Part shown: in pieces, positions 1-12,878 of the stretch
How the letters are laid out: every line of letters begins with the position of its first letter
Position numbering within the stretch: the first letter of the stretch is position 1
NCBI GenBank assembly: GCA_012295275.1
Contig: CM022668.1
Span: forward strand, 7,502,001-7,566,000
Source: Chrysomallon squamiferum
Taxonomy: Eukaryota > Animalia > Mollusca
Reading direction: 5' to 3'
DNA length: 64,000 nt
Made by a program: the position numbers and the translations under genes
Notes under the pieces: model-generated
Seen by the model: only the letters and a program-made list of their open reading frames with translations
Told to the model about the DNA's origin: nothing
Databases searched by the model: none

Positions 1-1014
1 AAATAAATAAAAAATAAATAAATAAAACATTAAAGAAATTAATTAATTCATTAAAAATAATAATAATATTAATAATAAAATTATAGAATATTATAAATAA
101 TAAAAATAAAACTTTTTAAAAATTAAATTTTGAAAACACACATGATGCATTGTTAATGAAAACACACAAACACAAAATGAAATATGATGCAACAAAAATA
201 CAAATTTTTATCAAAGTTAAATTATGAGAATTTAGATTTATCAGTGCGGACACACAAAACAGACACACAGACATTGGATGCTGTTTGTTTGACAATATGG
301 TGTTGGTTATAATATTACATTATGCTGAAGAAATAAAAACAAAAACAAATGGTTAGTAACATTTTAGTAAGGTTTTCTAAAATTTCAAATAATTCCTAAA
401 TAGGTGACTGTTAGTGCTTAAGTATTAATTATCATGCCCTGGCAAAACTCTACAGTAAACTGAATATCAAAGTCCATAAAGACTGAGTATAATTCTTATT
501 AGTATCAAAGTCCTGAAAATAATGTTGAAAAATAGTTTTTAAAAATTTTAAAAACACAAAAAAACGAAGAATAATTTAACTTATGTAATCAAATGACAAT
601 TTCTAATTATTTTAAGTCAAATTTTAATTTGAAATTAATACAATAGACACAAAAAAGAAAAAAGTTGAATGCTTAAAATTTTAAGATATAGGTCACAGAA
701 TATAAATAATAATTGTAATAATAATCATAATATTTTTAAAAAACAATAATAAAAAAGTTATAAATAAATAAATAAAATTTAAAAAATAATTAATAATGAT
801 TTTTTGTATAATTTTTTATACATTTATTATTTTTTTTTTTTATTTTTTATTATTATTATTATTTTTTTAAATATTTTTAGAATAACTTTTTCTGGAGCAA
901 CAATTTTTAGAATAACGTTTGATACACAGTCTACTGAGGGTCCAGGTTAATTTAGTTTGCTGTGCACAGTGCTCTAATGAGTGCAGTGGATGGGTGGGTC
1001 GTCACACAACATAC

Positions 1015-1032
1015 CTCTCCACGGAAGAAGGC
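1015..1032 (-). CDS. PDE1: PDE1 18-nt microexon, phase 2-2: (R)PSSVE(R)
   Basis: Long pyrimidine tract ctctgtttgtcttcttacccacctttcag, exon GCCTTCTTCCGTGGAGAG, donor GAG|gtatgt. It ends in AG like the other phase-2 exons and sits in a locally GC-richer, non-repetitive island. Confidence 0.72.
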
Positions 1033-1059
1033 CTGAAAGGTGGGTAAGAAGACAAACAG

Positions 1060-1072
1060 AGGTCAAAGGTCA
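1060..1072 (+). promoter_or_regulatory. Perfect nuclear receptor DR1 element AGGTCA-A-AGGTCA
   Basis: Exact direct repeat of the AGGTCA half-site with a 1-nt spacer. It overlaps the predicted branch-point region of the 18-nt microexon. Confidence 0.4.
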
Positions 1073-1491
1073 AGAAAACAGTTTTTTTGAGAAGACACAA
1101 ATAGGAGAAAAACATACATGGCATCAGACATGAAACAGTCTAGAATTGTTCATTTTAAAAAAAAGACAAAACACAGTCTAGTTTCATGATAAGACAATAA
1201 AATATTAAATTACACAGAATAATAATTTAGGAATGTTTACACAACACAATTTTCTTTTATTCCTTTACCTCTGGGGAGGGTTGAACACATAAATAACAGC
1301 CCCACCCCAGGAACTTCCCTGGGTTAAACAGATTACAAAAAATTTAAAATGGTAAATTTTAAGCAGTGTTCATACTGTGCAACTTTTAGTGATATCTTTT
1401 AAAATATTAAAATTATAAAAACCAGTGTTACTTTAAATTATTTTGAAATACAACTACAGTAATTTCCAAAATAATTATTTCTTAATTTCAG

Positions 1492-1559
<68 letters not shown>

Positions 1560-3798
1560 TATATTAATGTTTAACTATTTTTTGTTCTATAAGTTGGACA
1601 GTGTGAACATGCCTTTATTAATTTATTTGGAATGTGGAAGAGGGAAATACCAGATTTTTACTGATAAAAATATTAAAAACAAATATATTTAATATATAAT
1701 AATTACAAATATTTAAGCTGTTCACATTCAGGAGACATTTAAACATTTAACACAAAAGGTAATAATTTGAAGGAAACATTTAAAAATAATGACTTCTTTA
1801 AACATTTAAGACAAATGATGAAATTACTGTGAAACTAAAAATATAGAACAATTATTCCATTTTCATATGAACACTGATGATAAACACAAACAAACAATTT
1901 ATATTAACATACACATCTTTAAACAGTATTTTTAATGAAAATCATGTATTATAAATGTAGTTTTTAAAATGGTAAAAGCTATTTTTTTCAATATTATTTC
2001 ATTAAATAATAATAATGGAATATCTACAATGATAATTATGATGATAAAAATCTTAATAATTTCATATATATTTGTGTAAATTAAAATTTGAAAAGAAATT
2101 ATAACAAATTCTAAAATAAATTGCTAAGAAAATAATAATGAATTATAAATCAAGCTGGTACTATAATATACAAAGTTAAAATTTATTAGTTGTTATTTCT
2201 TTTTAACTATTGTGTTAGTTTTTTGTTAAATTTTATATGAAATAATAATTAAAATACAAATTTTATTAATATTTGACTTTCAAAAACACTCACACCAAAT
2301 AAAAAAAAAAAAAAAAAAAAAAAAGGTAATAAATGTAATAAATTAGCATTATCTTTTTGTAAATTAATAGACTGAAATATATTTTTACTTTCATCTATTC
2401 TTAAAACAATTACATATTTTACATACATGTACAATAACATATTCACACACATACACACAGACAAACCATATTATTTTTTTAATCTGCTGATGTAACGTGA
2501 ATTTTATTACATATGTAATATAAGAGATTTATGAGATGTACATATATATGTATGTAATATACATAAATCCTTTGTAGCTAATATAAAAGATTAACCCAAT
2601 GGCAGATTTCATTTCTCATCGTCCATATCCTAAATCATAAAACTGTTGATTAAATATGTACTGGCTGTCTCATTAAAATAATAAAACATTTCTACCTTTT
2701 CTATTCAAAATCCTAAATTTTAGTAACTTATATTACTAAAAGAAGAACTTAAAAGTTCTGAAACAGTTTTCAGATAATGAAATAGTTGCAATATAAATAC
2801 TTATTAACAAAGTACACTCTATGAAAATAATTCTTGCGAAATCTCCAAAGAAAAATATAAGCTGGATCGGATAATTAATTAAACGTAAACCATTAAAGGG
2901 ATGTAACTCTAGCATCACTAATAAAGAGACATAACATCAAAGAAACGAGATTTATTCACAGAATCAGTTCTGTCTGAAATCTTACTTAAAAATTAATCCA
3001 GAACATGACAGAAACACTGTTCAAATTCATCCAACACGGGATAAAACGTAACGAAATCACATCTACTTCAATAAATAAACATGGACCAGTCGTTCAGTGT
3101 GACCTAGTTTTTCTCTGCCTTTCTTCATGATGACGTAGGTCTGTATTACAAAGTATTACTAAGTATTATTATGTATTACAAGAGGATAATAAGTTTGATC
3201 ACGTTTCAAACATGCCTGACTGTTTCTGTAACCAAGGTAATTATTAAGTTTCGCATTGCAATGGCCGTCACGTGCGTTCATGATACGCGAAATACCAACG
3301 AGTCTCTATAATTGACTTCCACGTCTGCAGTGTTTGACAAACAGAGAACAATTTCCAACAGTCTGAGGAATTAATTAAATATTATTTCTCATTGGTTCAG
3401 AGAAATAATGCAGTGGTTTTAAAATTACCAGAAAATTAAAAAGAAAAAAAAAAGAAGAAGAAGAAAATTAAATTGTAAGTTCTCCAAACTTATCTGACAA
3501 AGAGAAATAAAATAGAGTAATTATATTTTTTTGTGTTTTTAAATTTGTAAACTTATTACGTTTGTCTACGTGAAAGCAAATCCAAGTAAGATAATAAATT
3601 ACATCAGATACATGGATTTTCTCTCATCTTTCATCCACTCTCATATTTTCTGTCATTTGCTTCATTTTCCACCTCTTTTTACCATCACATTTTCATTTCT
3701 TTATATTTTATTTTACATAATTCAATATTTGTCTGTTCGTCTCTCTCTCTCTCTCTCTCTGTCTGTCTGTCTGTCTCTCTCTCACTCTGTCTGTCTGC

Positions 3799-3859
<61 letters not shown>

Positions 3860-4349
3860 CTCTCTCTCTCTCTGCCAATATATTAACCTCTTAATAAACC
3901 ATACTCTCTCAAACATTCCATTATTTTTACGCTTGTTCACATCAAACTCACACTTAAGCCACGACAGCAGAAACAAAGCCCCATGTTTTATGTCCGTCTC
4001 GTGGGAATAACAACTGACCACCACTGACCACTGGACATGGATACATCATTACTTTTGCCACGATATGGTCAATCTTTTCACAATCTGACACCTTCGACTG
4101 GCTTTCTAATCAAGAGCAAGCATGCAAACGGTGAATCAAGAAATGGCCAAGAAATAATTCTTTCTGGCAAAAGTCGACTGGTCCAAGCGGTCTGAAGAGA
4201 AACCAGTGATAGGAATGTGTATGGCCTGTCACACTGATAAAGGTCAAATCATAGATGAGTACCAATTAAGAATTTAAGACGATGGCCTACATCGACTTGT
4301 TGTTTTCCTCATGTTAGGGCCTCTCTCTGTTCTATTGATTTGTGTTGTT

Positions 4350-4810
4350 ATGGTATTTGAGAGTATTGTTTTGTATTACATTGTTTTGTATTAGATTGTT
4401 TTGTATTACATTCTTTTTGTATTACACACTGTTTTGAGTGTTTTGTTTTTATATTGTATTACACTGTAGTTAATTTTATTATTTGTATTGTATTACATTG
4501 TTTTCATATTGATTGGTTATGAGAATTTTGTTTTTATAACGCTCTTTCGAGAATTTTGTTTTCATGCTGTATTGCACTGATTTGAGAATTTTGTTTCCAT
4601 GTTATTTATTATACGTTGTTTTGAGAATTTTGTCTTTATAATGTATTATATTTTGAGAATTTTGTTTTTATATTGTATTATATATATTTTCAGGATTTCG
4701 TCTTTATACTGTATTACATTGCTTTGAGATTTTTGTTTTGTTTTTAGAATTTTGGAGGTTTTTTAAAGAATTATTTTACTGTTTTGTTTTGAGAATTTTA
4801 TTCTTATGTT
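4350..4810. repeat. Degenerate tandem repeat (gagaattttgtttttatattgtattaca, about 30-40 bp)
   Basis: Recurring gagaattttg and tgtattaca motifs. Confidence 0.7.
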
Positions 4811-6070
4811 GGATAAATGATTAAAAAAAATTTTTTTATATTTCTGTTTACTGTTTTATGTTTTTAGATTGTTTTGAAAATATAATTTCAATATTGCAAT
4901 AAACTTTGGATAAAGAATTTCCCCCATCATTTTAAGTACATCTTTTTTCTTTTTATATATATATATATGGGTCTGTATTTGTATTCTGTTGTTGAAAAAC
5001 AATTTTATATTTACAAGAAAAATCAGATAATACATACTGAACAAATATTATTTTATAAATAATTATTTCAAGCACACACATCTAACAGATGCAGTAAACA
5101 ATAAACTTTCAATATACTGTCAATAAGTACAGACAAACAAAAATATGCACAGACATATATATATATATATATATACCCATATAAATACATAATCTATACC
5201 TGTACACATAAACATACACAAAAAACCAACATAAACACATACACAAATACACACACACATACCAACATATAAACACACATACTGACAAAATACATATTCC
5301 CTTACAGACAACACATTCACACACACACACACACACACACATGCACACACACACACACATGCACACGCGCACACAGACACACAGAAAAACAACAGCAGAA
5401 GGCTACATGTGTGAAGTAATGCAGACAAAAAGCACTACGTATTAAGATACTTGTTAACAATCACTCGGATATTTTCAGAAACAGTCTTCACAAGGTGCAG
5501 CTGATTTCCTGAAATCTGTTAATCCCCAGTGAATTAATTCTCAGTTTGTTAGTGAGGAATCATTAGCAAGACGGTTTTTTCCAACACCTGATGTAAATTA
5601 TGTTCATTTTGTGTACTCTTCCTGTCTCCGTTTTAGCGCAGAGTTTAATTCTAAAAATCTATGTGGCTTATTAGTCCCGCTTTTTATTATTCTTCTTTTT
5701 TTTATCTCTTTTCTTTATCTGTTTTCTTCTTTCGCTTTATGATTCTCAGTCTCTCATTCTTTGATCTCATGTCACCTTAACTTTATCTTTAATTACTGAA
5801 ATACTCTCTCTCTCTCTCCCACTCTCTCATTATTTGGTTTTATTTCACCTTTTATTATTTTCTTTGTCTTATTCGTTTCAAATTTAAATACCGAATTTCA
5901 AGTCAGTTACTCTGGCGACCATTCGTTTACTGAAATTCAATTTTCTAACTTGATGCTCTCTCTTTCTCTTTCTTTCTTTATTGCTGAAATTCAATTCTCA
6001 AACTTCTCTCTTTCTTGTTACGTCTTTGAATCTCTTCCTCTTCTTTTTCTCTCTCTTTTTTTCATTTCTG

Positions 6071-6125
<55 letters not shown>

Positions 6126-6312
6126 CCCTTTTATTCTCTGTCACTCTATCTCTATCTTTGTCTTTCTGTCTCTGTCTTTTCTCACTGTTTTGCTCTCTTT
6201 TTGTCTATCTATCTATCTTGTTTTAACTGTCTCTGTTTTGCTACTCTTTTTGTCTATCTATCCATCTTGTTTTAACTGTCTCTTTCTAACTCATTTTGTA
6301 TCTCTTTCTTAC

Positions 6313-6396
<84 letters not shown>

Positions 6397-6553
6397 TTCA
6401 TTCTTGTTATCTGTGTTGTTTTTCTGCATTTTTTGCACCTATCATCCCCAGCCAACATGCTGATCATTATCCCACCGTACACACCCCATCAATCACCCCC
6501 TCAGCCTCAACTTAACTCTAAGCCAAGTCTAATCACGACAACAAACAGTCTAC

Positions 6554-6616
<63 letters not shown>

Positions 6617-6734
6617 ATATTCTTCTAGGAACAAGAAAAACATCGAACTTCTTCATCTCCGATATTCAAAAACACCCACCACTGACGCAGAACTCAACCA
6701 AACCACATCAACATCGTGCCAACGGCACACTTAC

Positions 6735-6745
6735 CACCGCAACAT
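6735..6745 (-). CDS. Candidate internal alternative first exon (coding part ATG TTG CGG TG, MLR-), phase 2
   Basis: Strong donor GTG|gtaagt within a CpG-containing island (about 6640-7060). Phase-compatible with the downstream phase-2 PDE1 exons. Confidence 0.4.
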
Positions 6746-7151
6746 CAACTATTAGAAAATCAACATCACCCCACCGGCCCCCTGCTGTTGCTTTTTAATT
6801 ACTTAGTCATTCCCAGCGACTGGCTAAGTACGGGTGAGGAGAGTGTGCGAGGTAAGAAACTTTTTCTCCATTATTGCGATGAAATCCTTTTCTGACTGGA
6901 CCGTTAGTTCGACTTCCTGCAGGCTTAATGCTAAAGCCTGGCAATTAACAGAATGGATGCAAGTTGGGAATCAAATATCTGGAGCCAAATTTAAAAGCAA
7001 TGGCTTTTTCATGTGTCACTGAGTCGCAGACAGTCTCATCTCGGGCAGGGAAAATATTGCAGACAAAAAAAAAAAAAATATGTAATTTAAGCAGATTGTA
7101 ATAGCTGGAGTACGAAGGTTTAATTTGCATGAAAAAATAATAATAGGATAT

Positions 7152-7464
<313 letters not shown>

Positions 7465-8392
7465 CAATCTATCTACTTCTCTATATTCAATAAATAACTA
7501 ACACAAATTATTCTTAGTTAGGGAGAGAGAGATAGAAAATGTTTTCAAATGTTCTTGAGACAAATGCCTTTGGTTCTGTGTACACATGACTTGGAGTTCG
7601 AATCATTAAAACCATGAAATCTGAGTCTGTAATTCAGGAAATAACTTTTCTACTCAATTTGAAAATATTTACACTGTCTGCTTCATTGATCTGAGTTGTT
7701 TAGTTTGTGTCAATTGAATCATGAAAGTGGATAAAAATTTCTACCAAATAGCTTGCGGTGTCTTGTCGTAATTTGTATGTTAAAAGAGAGAAATAAATAG
7801 AGAACACATTATAGACTGAGAAATTATACTGACAAACAACGATGTGTTAAATAATGAGAAATTATACAGAAATACAGAGATATATAATGAGAAATAAAGA
7901 GAGGAATTATAAATTATATATATTGAGAAATTATATATATACATACATACACATATACATACTGAGAAATTATAAAGAAAATAGAGATATATATTAAAAA
8001 AATTATGAGAAATCAAGAGAGAAATATGTATTGAGAAAGTATAATGAGAAATAGAGAAATTATAGAGAGAAATAAAGATGTATTATTAATAGATATTACA
8101 AAATGAAACAGAAATGTACTGTACATTGGGAAATATAGAAAAAATAAAGAAGGATTATTATAAAGTGAGTAATTTTATAGAGAAATAAAGATATATTATA
8201 TGGTGGAGAAAAAAGAAAAAGAAAAGACAAAAATTAAAGGGAGAAACAGACTGCATTATATACTGAGAAATTGTATGAGAAATAAATGAGAGAATCCATG
8301 AGGATAAACAGATGTATCATATAGAGAGAAATTTTATAGAGAAAAAGTAAAGAGATAATCTTTATTACCTCCCCATCTAGAGAGCTCAAACC

Positions 8393-8880
8393 TTAACACA
8401 GGAAAGATAAGCCTACATAAGGACCCATTAAAAACAGGAAAGATAAACAAGGACCCACTAAACACAGGAAAGATAAATTTAAAAGGGATCCACTAAACAC
8501 AGGAATGGTAAATTTAAATAGGGATCCACTAAACACAGGAATGATATATTTAAATAGGGACCCATTAAACACAGGAAAGATGAACCTAAATAGGGACCCA
8601 CTAAAAACAGGAAAGATAAATTTAAATAGGGACCCACTAAACACAGTAAAAATAAATTTAAATAGGGACCCTCTAAACACAGGAAAGATAACCTTAAATA
8701 AGGACCCACTAAATACAGGAAAGATAAATTTAAATAGGGACCCACTAAACACAGGAATGATAAATTTAAATAGGGATCCACTAAACACAGGAAAGATGAA
8801 CCTAAATAGGGACCCACTAAATACTGGAAAGATAATCAAGGACCCATTAAATACAGGAAAGATAAACTTAAATAGGGATG
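8393..8880. repeat. 36-bp minisatellite (aaacacaggaaagataaatttaaatagggacccact), about 13 copies
   Basis: Directly visible tandem array. It produces the repetitive ORFs NTGKINLNRDPL and FPVFSGSLFKFI. Confidence 0.95.
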
Positions 8881-10553
8881 CACACTAAGCAAAGATAAAA
8901 TGAGGCTAAACTGGAAGGCAGCAAAGCCAGGAAAGATCAATCCTTGTAAACTCAAAACAAGGCCATCGTTTTTAAAAAGTAACACAATAAAGCTTTAAAA
9001 AAGCTATAAAACAGGCTTAATGGATAAAAGCAACAACCTGTCAATTGCCACAGACTTTAGAATTAATGATCACAAGCACACAAAACAGATTAGAAAAAAA
9101 AAAAGAAAAAAAAAAAATCAATATGGGCATAAAGAAATTAGTCATATGATACTCCGTGTAAAATAATGTCTATCTCGATATAATGATAGCAACAGCAAAA
9201 AAAAAAAAAAAAATGTTTGTTTGTGTTTGTGTGTGTTTAAAATGAAAATTTAATCATCTGTAAGTTGATTTTAAGACTACCACAAACTGAACTGAATATT
9301 AAATGAATATTCACACTAACTTGGTTATGCCAAATTGCACTAAGTTATAACCATGGTAATGCATATTTTTCCTGTTTACCGTTTCCACTATTCCAATTCC
9401 GAATGCTGACTGACCATAAATATTGATGCCAAATCAATGAAGATAAATGAATTTATTTACATTTTCCCGTGAATGTGTGTTGGGGGAGTCAGGGGGAATA
9501 GATGAAAGGGCAGATAAGGGGGACAGTGAGTTCAGATTTCAGTAATAATTTTATTGGGAGAACCACAAATAAAAAAAAAAAGGAATATAAAAATAAATAA
9601 ATGTAAATGCAATAAAATAAAGAAAAAAAGAAAAATAATAATAAAAAACAAAATAAAATAAAATAAATAAATAAAATAAATATTACTACTACTACTACTA
9701 TTACTACTACTTCTACTAGTACTACTACTACTACTACTACTACTTCTATTAGTACTACTACTAATAATAAATAAATATATAAAAATAATAATAAAAAATA
9801 TTAATATTTTACATCAGCACATTAATATACATACAGATAAATTACATCATAACATGAATTTTACAAAAGGAATATTACACATTATCTATCCAAACATACT
9901 AATTTAATATTTTTTTTAATTTCATGCAGCTATTTTAAGACCATCTTTACTCTTGCAAATCTAGAGCAAATGGTCTGTAAGTTAAAATTTACATTTGTAC
10001 GTGTGTTCCTTAATTATACCAACAGTGTATAAATCTTATATGTCAATTACTTGTAAAATTATTTTATTAAACGTCCATGACCCATGCAGTAACTCGTGTA
10101 TACGACTGCCCAGCACACCATATTTAGAAATATGTACCAATTAATGTCAGAGATATTTAATTACTTCTGTCAGGTTACAAGAAATAAATATTACTTTGAC
10201 TGACACCCCTATACTCTGTGGTTCTATCTCACCATTATTACAAATCTGTTTGCAGATAATCACAGTTTACTTTGAATTATGTCTGAGTTTCTATATTAGA
10301 TTATTGTTAGTTACTAGTCATTTATAAAACAAATAATGTTTATGTGTAGTTAATAATTAGTGGGGGGGTTTTTATGTATCTTTAATTTATTTATTTGTTT
10401 ATTTATTTGCATATTTTTTATAGTTATTTATTTATTTATTTATAATTATCAACTTAATTATTTAATTGTGTTTTAATAATTTAATTATTTTGATATATAT
10501 CCAATTATTTTTATTATTTCTATACTTATTTCTGCTTATATATTCTTTTATTC

Positions 10554-10588
<35 letters not shown>

Positions 10589-11254
10589 TACTACTACTAC
10601 TACTAGTACTACTACTACTACTACTTCAACTTTTATTATTATAATTCTCGTTTCTTTTTTTTTTCTTTTATTTTTCTTTTTTTCTTTTATCTTTTTTTAT
10701 TTATTTATTTATTTTTGTTTCTACCTTTTCTATTTCTGTGAACAATTATTTTGGTCTTAGATTCAGTTTTTCGAACTCATCACATGAAAATACTTTTTTT
10801 TGTTTTCTTTTTTTGACTGGTACAATACTGCACTGAATCACTAATTGGGTGATCAGTCAAGTCGAACCTGCATAAAGCCTGACCTGAATGAGGCTTAGGG
10901 CAAGAACAACAAATTGTCAACTGAGATTTGTTTTGTCTAGTTTAAGAAACATGGTATTTTTTTTTTTTTTTTTTTTTATTTTCTTCTGTTTCATTTGAGT
11001 TGTACATTTTATGTTGTACATTTTGAGCATAATAATAATAATAATTTAATGAAAATATACTGCATCATATATTAGCTGTTGACTTCAAGGCTGGAAGTTA
11101 TCAGGATCAAATCTGGAAAACGTCTTCTTCAAAGAGTTAATTAAGTAATAAGTCCTTTGATTCTAACCGCTCTAATGTAATTACTTCTGTTCGCAGCCAA
11201 AAATGAACACGGAATTATTTGCTTTTAATTCTGCCTTCAATATTACCCCTCACC

Positions 11255-11268
11255 GTCACCATGGTAAC
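11255..11268. promoter_or_regulatory. RFX X-box GTCACCATGGTAAC
   Basis: Matches the GTNRCC-AT-RGYAAC X-box consensus and lies within a unique CpG-containing island. Confidence 0.55.
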
Positions 11269-12362
11269 GAGAAAACGCAGCAGAACCGTTTTGATGATTA
11301 AACCGTAAACTGACCATCGGTCAGTGGTCAGTTAATCAATTACACGTTCAATCAAACATATTAATTAAAAGATATGGTAATTCCTGAGATTTCCCCCCAA
11401 TGTCCACTTTCAGTGGTCAGTTTTAATACTCTTAACATCAGCTTGACCAATGGCTATTTGAAACAGTTCGAAACACGGCCCATCAGAAACTGAATAGAAA
11501 ATGTCATGTACAAACAGGCTATACCAATTGAAAATAATAGGGAGCAAGGCAATACCAATCGATAAATGAATGAAATGGAGAATGTTAAAATTTCAGTAAA
11601 AACAGATTTCTGGTATTTTAATTTATAAAGTGAATGGAAATGGAAAAAGATGAAAATGTTAAAGAAAATGATAAGGATAAAATTGAAGAATTTTTTTTTT
11701 TTTTTATAAATTAAATAAAAATAGTAGGAAGGAAAGTTAAAATAATAAGAAAAAAATATATAAAATGATAAAATAGTACATTAGAACAAGAAAATGTATA
11801 TATTAATGACTATAATAACAGAAAAAACAAAATTAAAAATTAATTTAAAGCATATATATATATATAAAATTAAATGACATTTAATGGGACACACACAAAC
11901 ATACATATATAATAAAGATAATAATAATAGTAATAATAATAATAATAAAAATAATAATAAAAATAAGTAAAGTTTAAAATTAACAACCAAATAAGAAGAA
12001 ACAGGAACTGCTTTATGAGTACTGATGCTAACTGCTTTATGAGTAATTACTACTCAATGCTCGCAAACTGAACTCAGCCACTCAAAATAACTAGAAAATC
12101 TTGTCAGATACATTTCAGTTCTCGTAAAGACATTTTCTCGATTTAATGAAACAATTCGCTTACAAGGAAACCCAATTTTGCGGAGCGCAATACGAGAAAG
12201 ACAGATAATGGAATACTTGCAGGGTTTTTTGAATCACTGTGTTTGTCAGGAAGTTGTGTAAAATGTCTGGTGCTGTTAGTTAGGCACTTCATTAAAAATA
12301 TTTATATAAACAGAAAAACAATACCATTCTAATTCATGTATGGCCTCATTGATAAATTTCAA

Positions 12363-12407
<45 letters not shown>

Positions 12408-12745
12408 CACACATACACACACACATGCACACAAACATTCACATTGACTTAATATAAATATAATTGTATGTACAGATATATATGTATGAATGTGTGTGTG
12501 TGTGTGTGTATATACCTGTATGTGTGTATTTACAGAAATGTATATGTATGTGTGTTTATGTATGAGTATCTGCATATATATAATCTCTCTTGTGTGCTTG
12601 TGATCATTAATGTATGTATGTATGTATGTATGTGTATGTATGATGTATGTCTGTACATCTGTGTGTATTTCTCACCTCACTGTGTATCTGTGTGTATTCA
12701 AAATAGAGTCATTACTGACAACAATTGTCTCTCTCTTTGTCTTAC

Positions 12746-12878
12746 CAACACTTTAACATTCAGCCTCTTTCTGAAAAACAATAGGCACTTTCACAGCTTT
12801 CCACACCCCAAACCCCACTCCAGCCTCCGTTTTTGTTTACAGAGACAACTCAGGATATTGTCCTTGTTAAAACAACAG
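12746..12878 (-). other. Candidate alternative exon (133 nt, or 25 nt from an inner acceptor) ending ATG TTA AAG TGT TG|gtaaga
   Basis: Strong acceptors tgtctttgttttctccag and attgtttttcag, donor TTG|gtaaga. The ATG at 12759 is in phase 2. Confidence 0.35.

Noticed and set aside
1261-1330. Acceptor/donor pair giving a 49-nt minus-strand exon near the 18-nt microexon
   Set aside because: The length is not a multiple of 3 and the acceptor is weak. It is incompatible with the phase-2 junctions.
4037-4195. Plus-strand 52-codon ORF MDTSLLLPRYGQSFHNLT...
   Set aside because: It is short, has no recognisable homology or splice structure, and is antisense to PDE1. It is more likely UTR or regulatory sequence.
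8393-8888. Repeat-protein ORFs (NTGKINLNRDPL)n and (FPVFSGSLFKFI)n
   Set aside because: They are a by-product of a 36-bp minisatellite, open on both strands, with no convincing gene structure.
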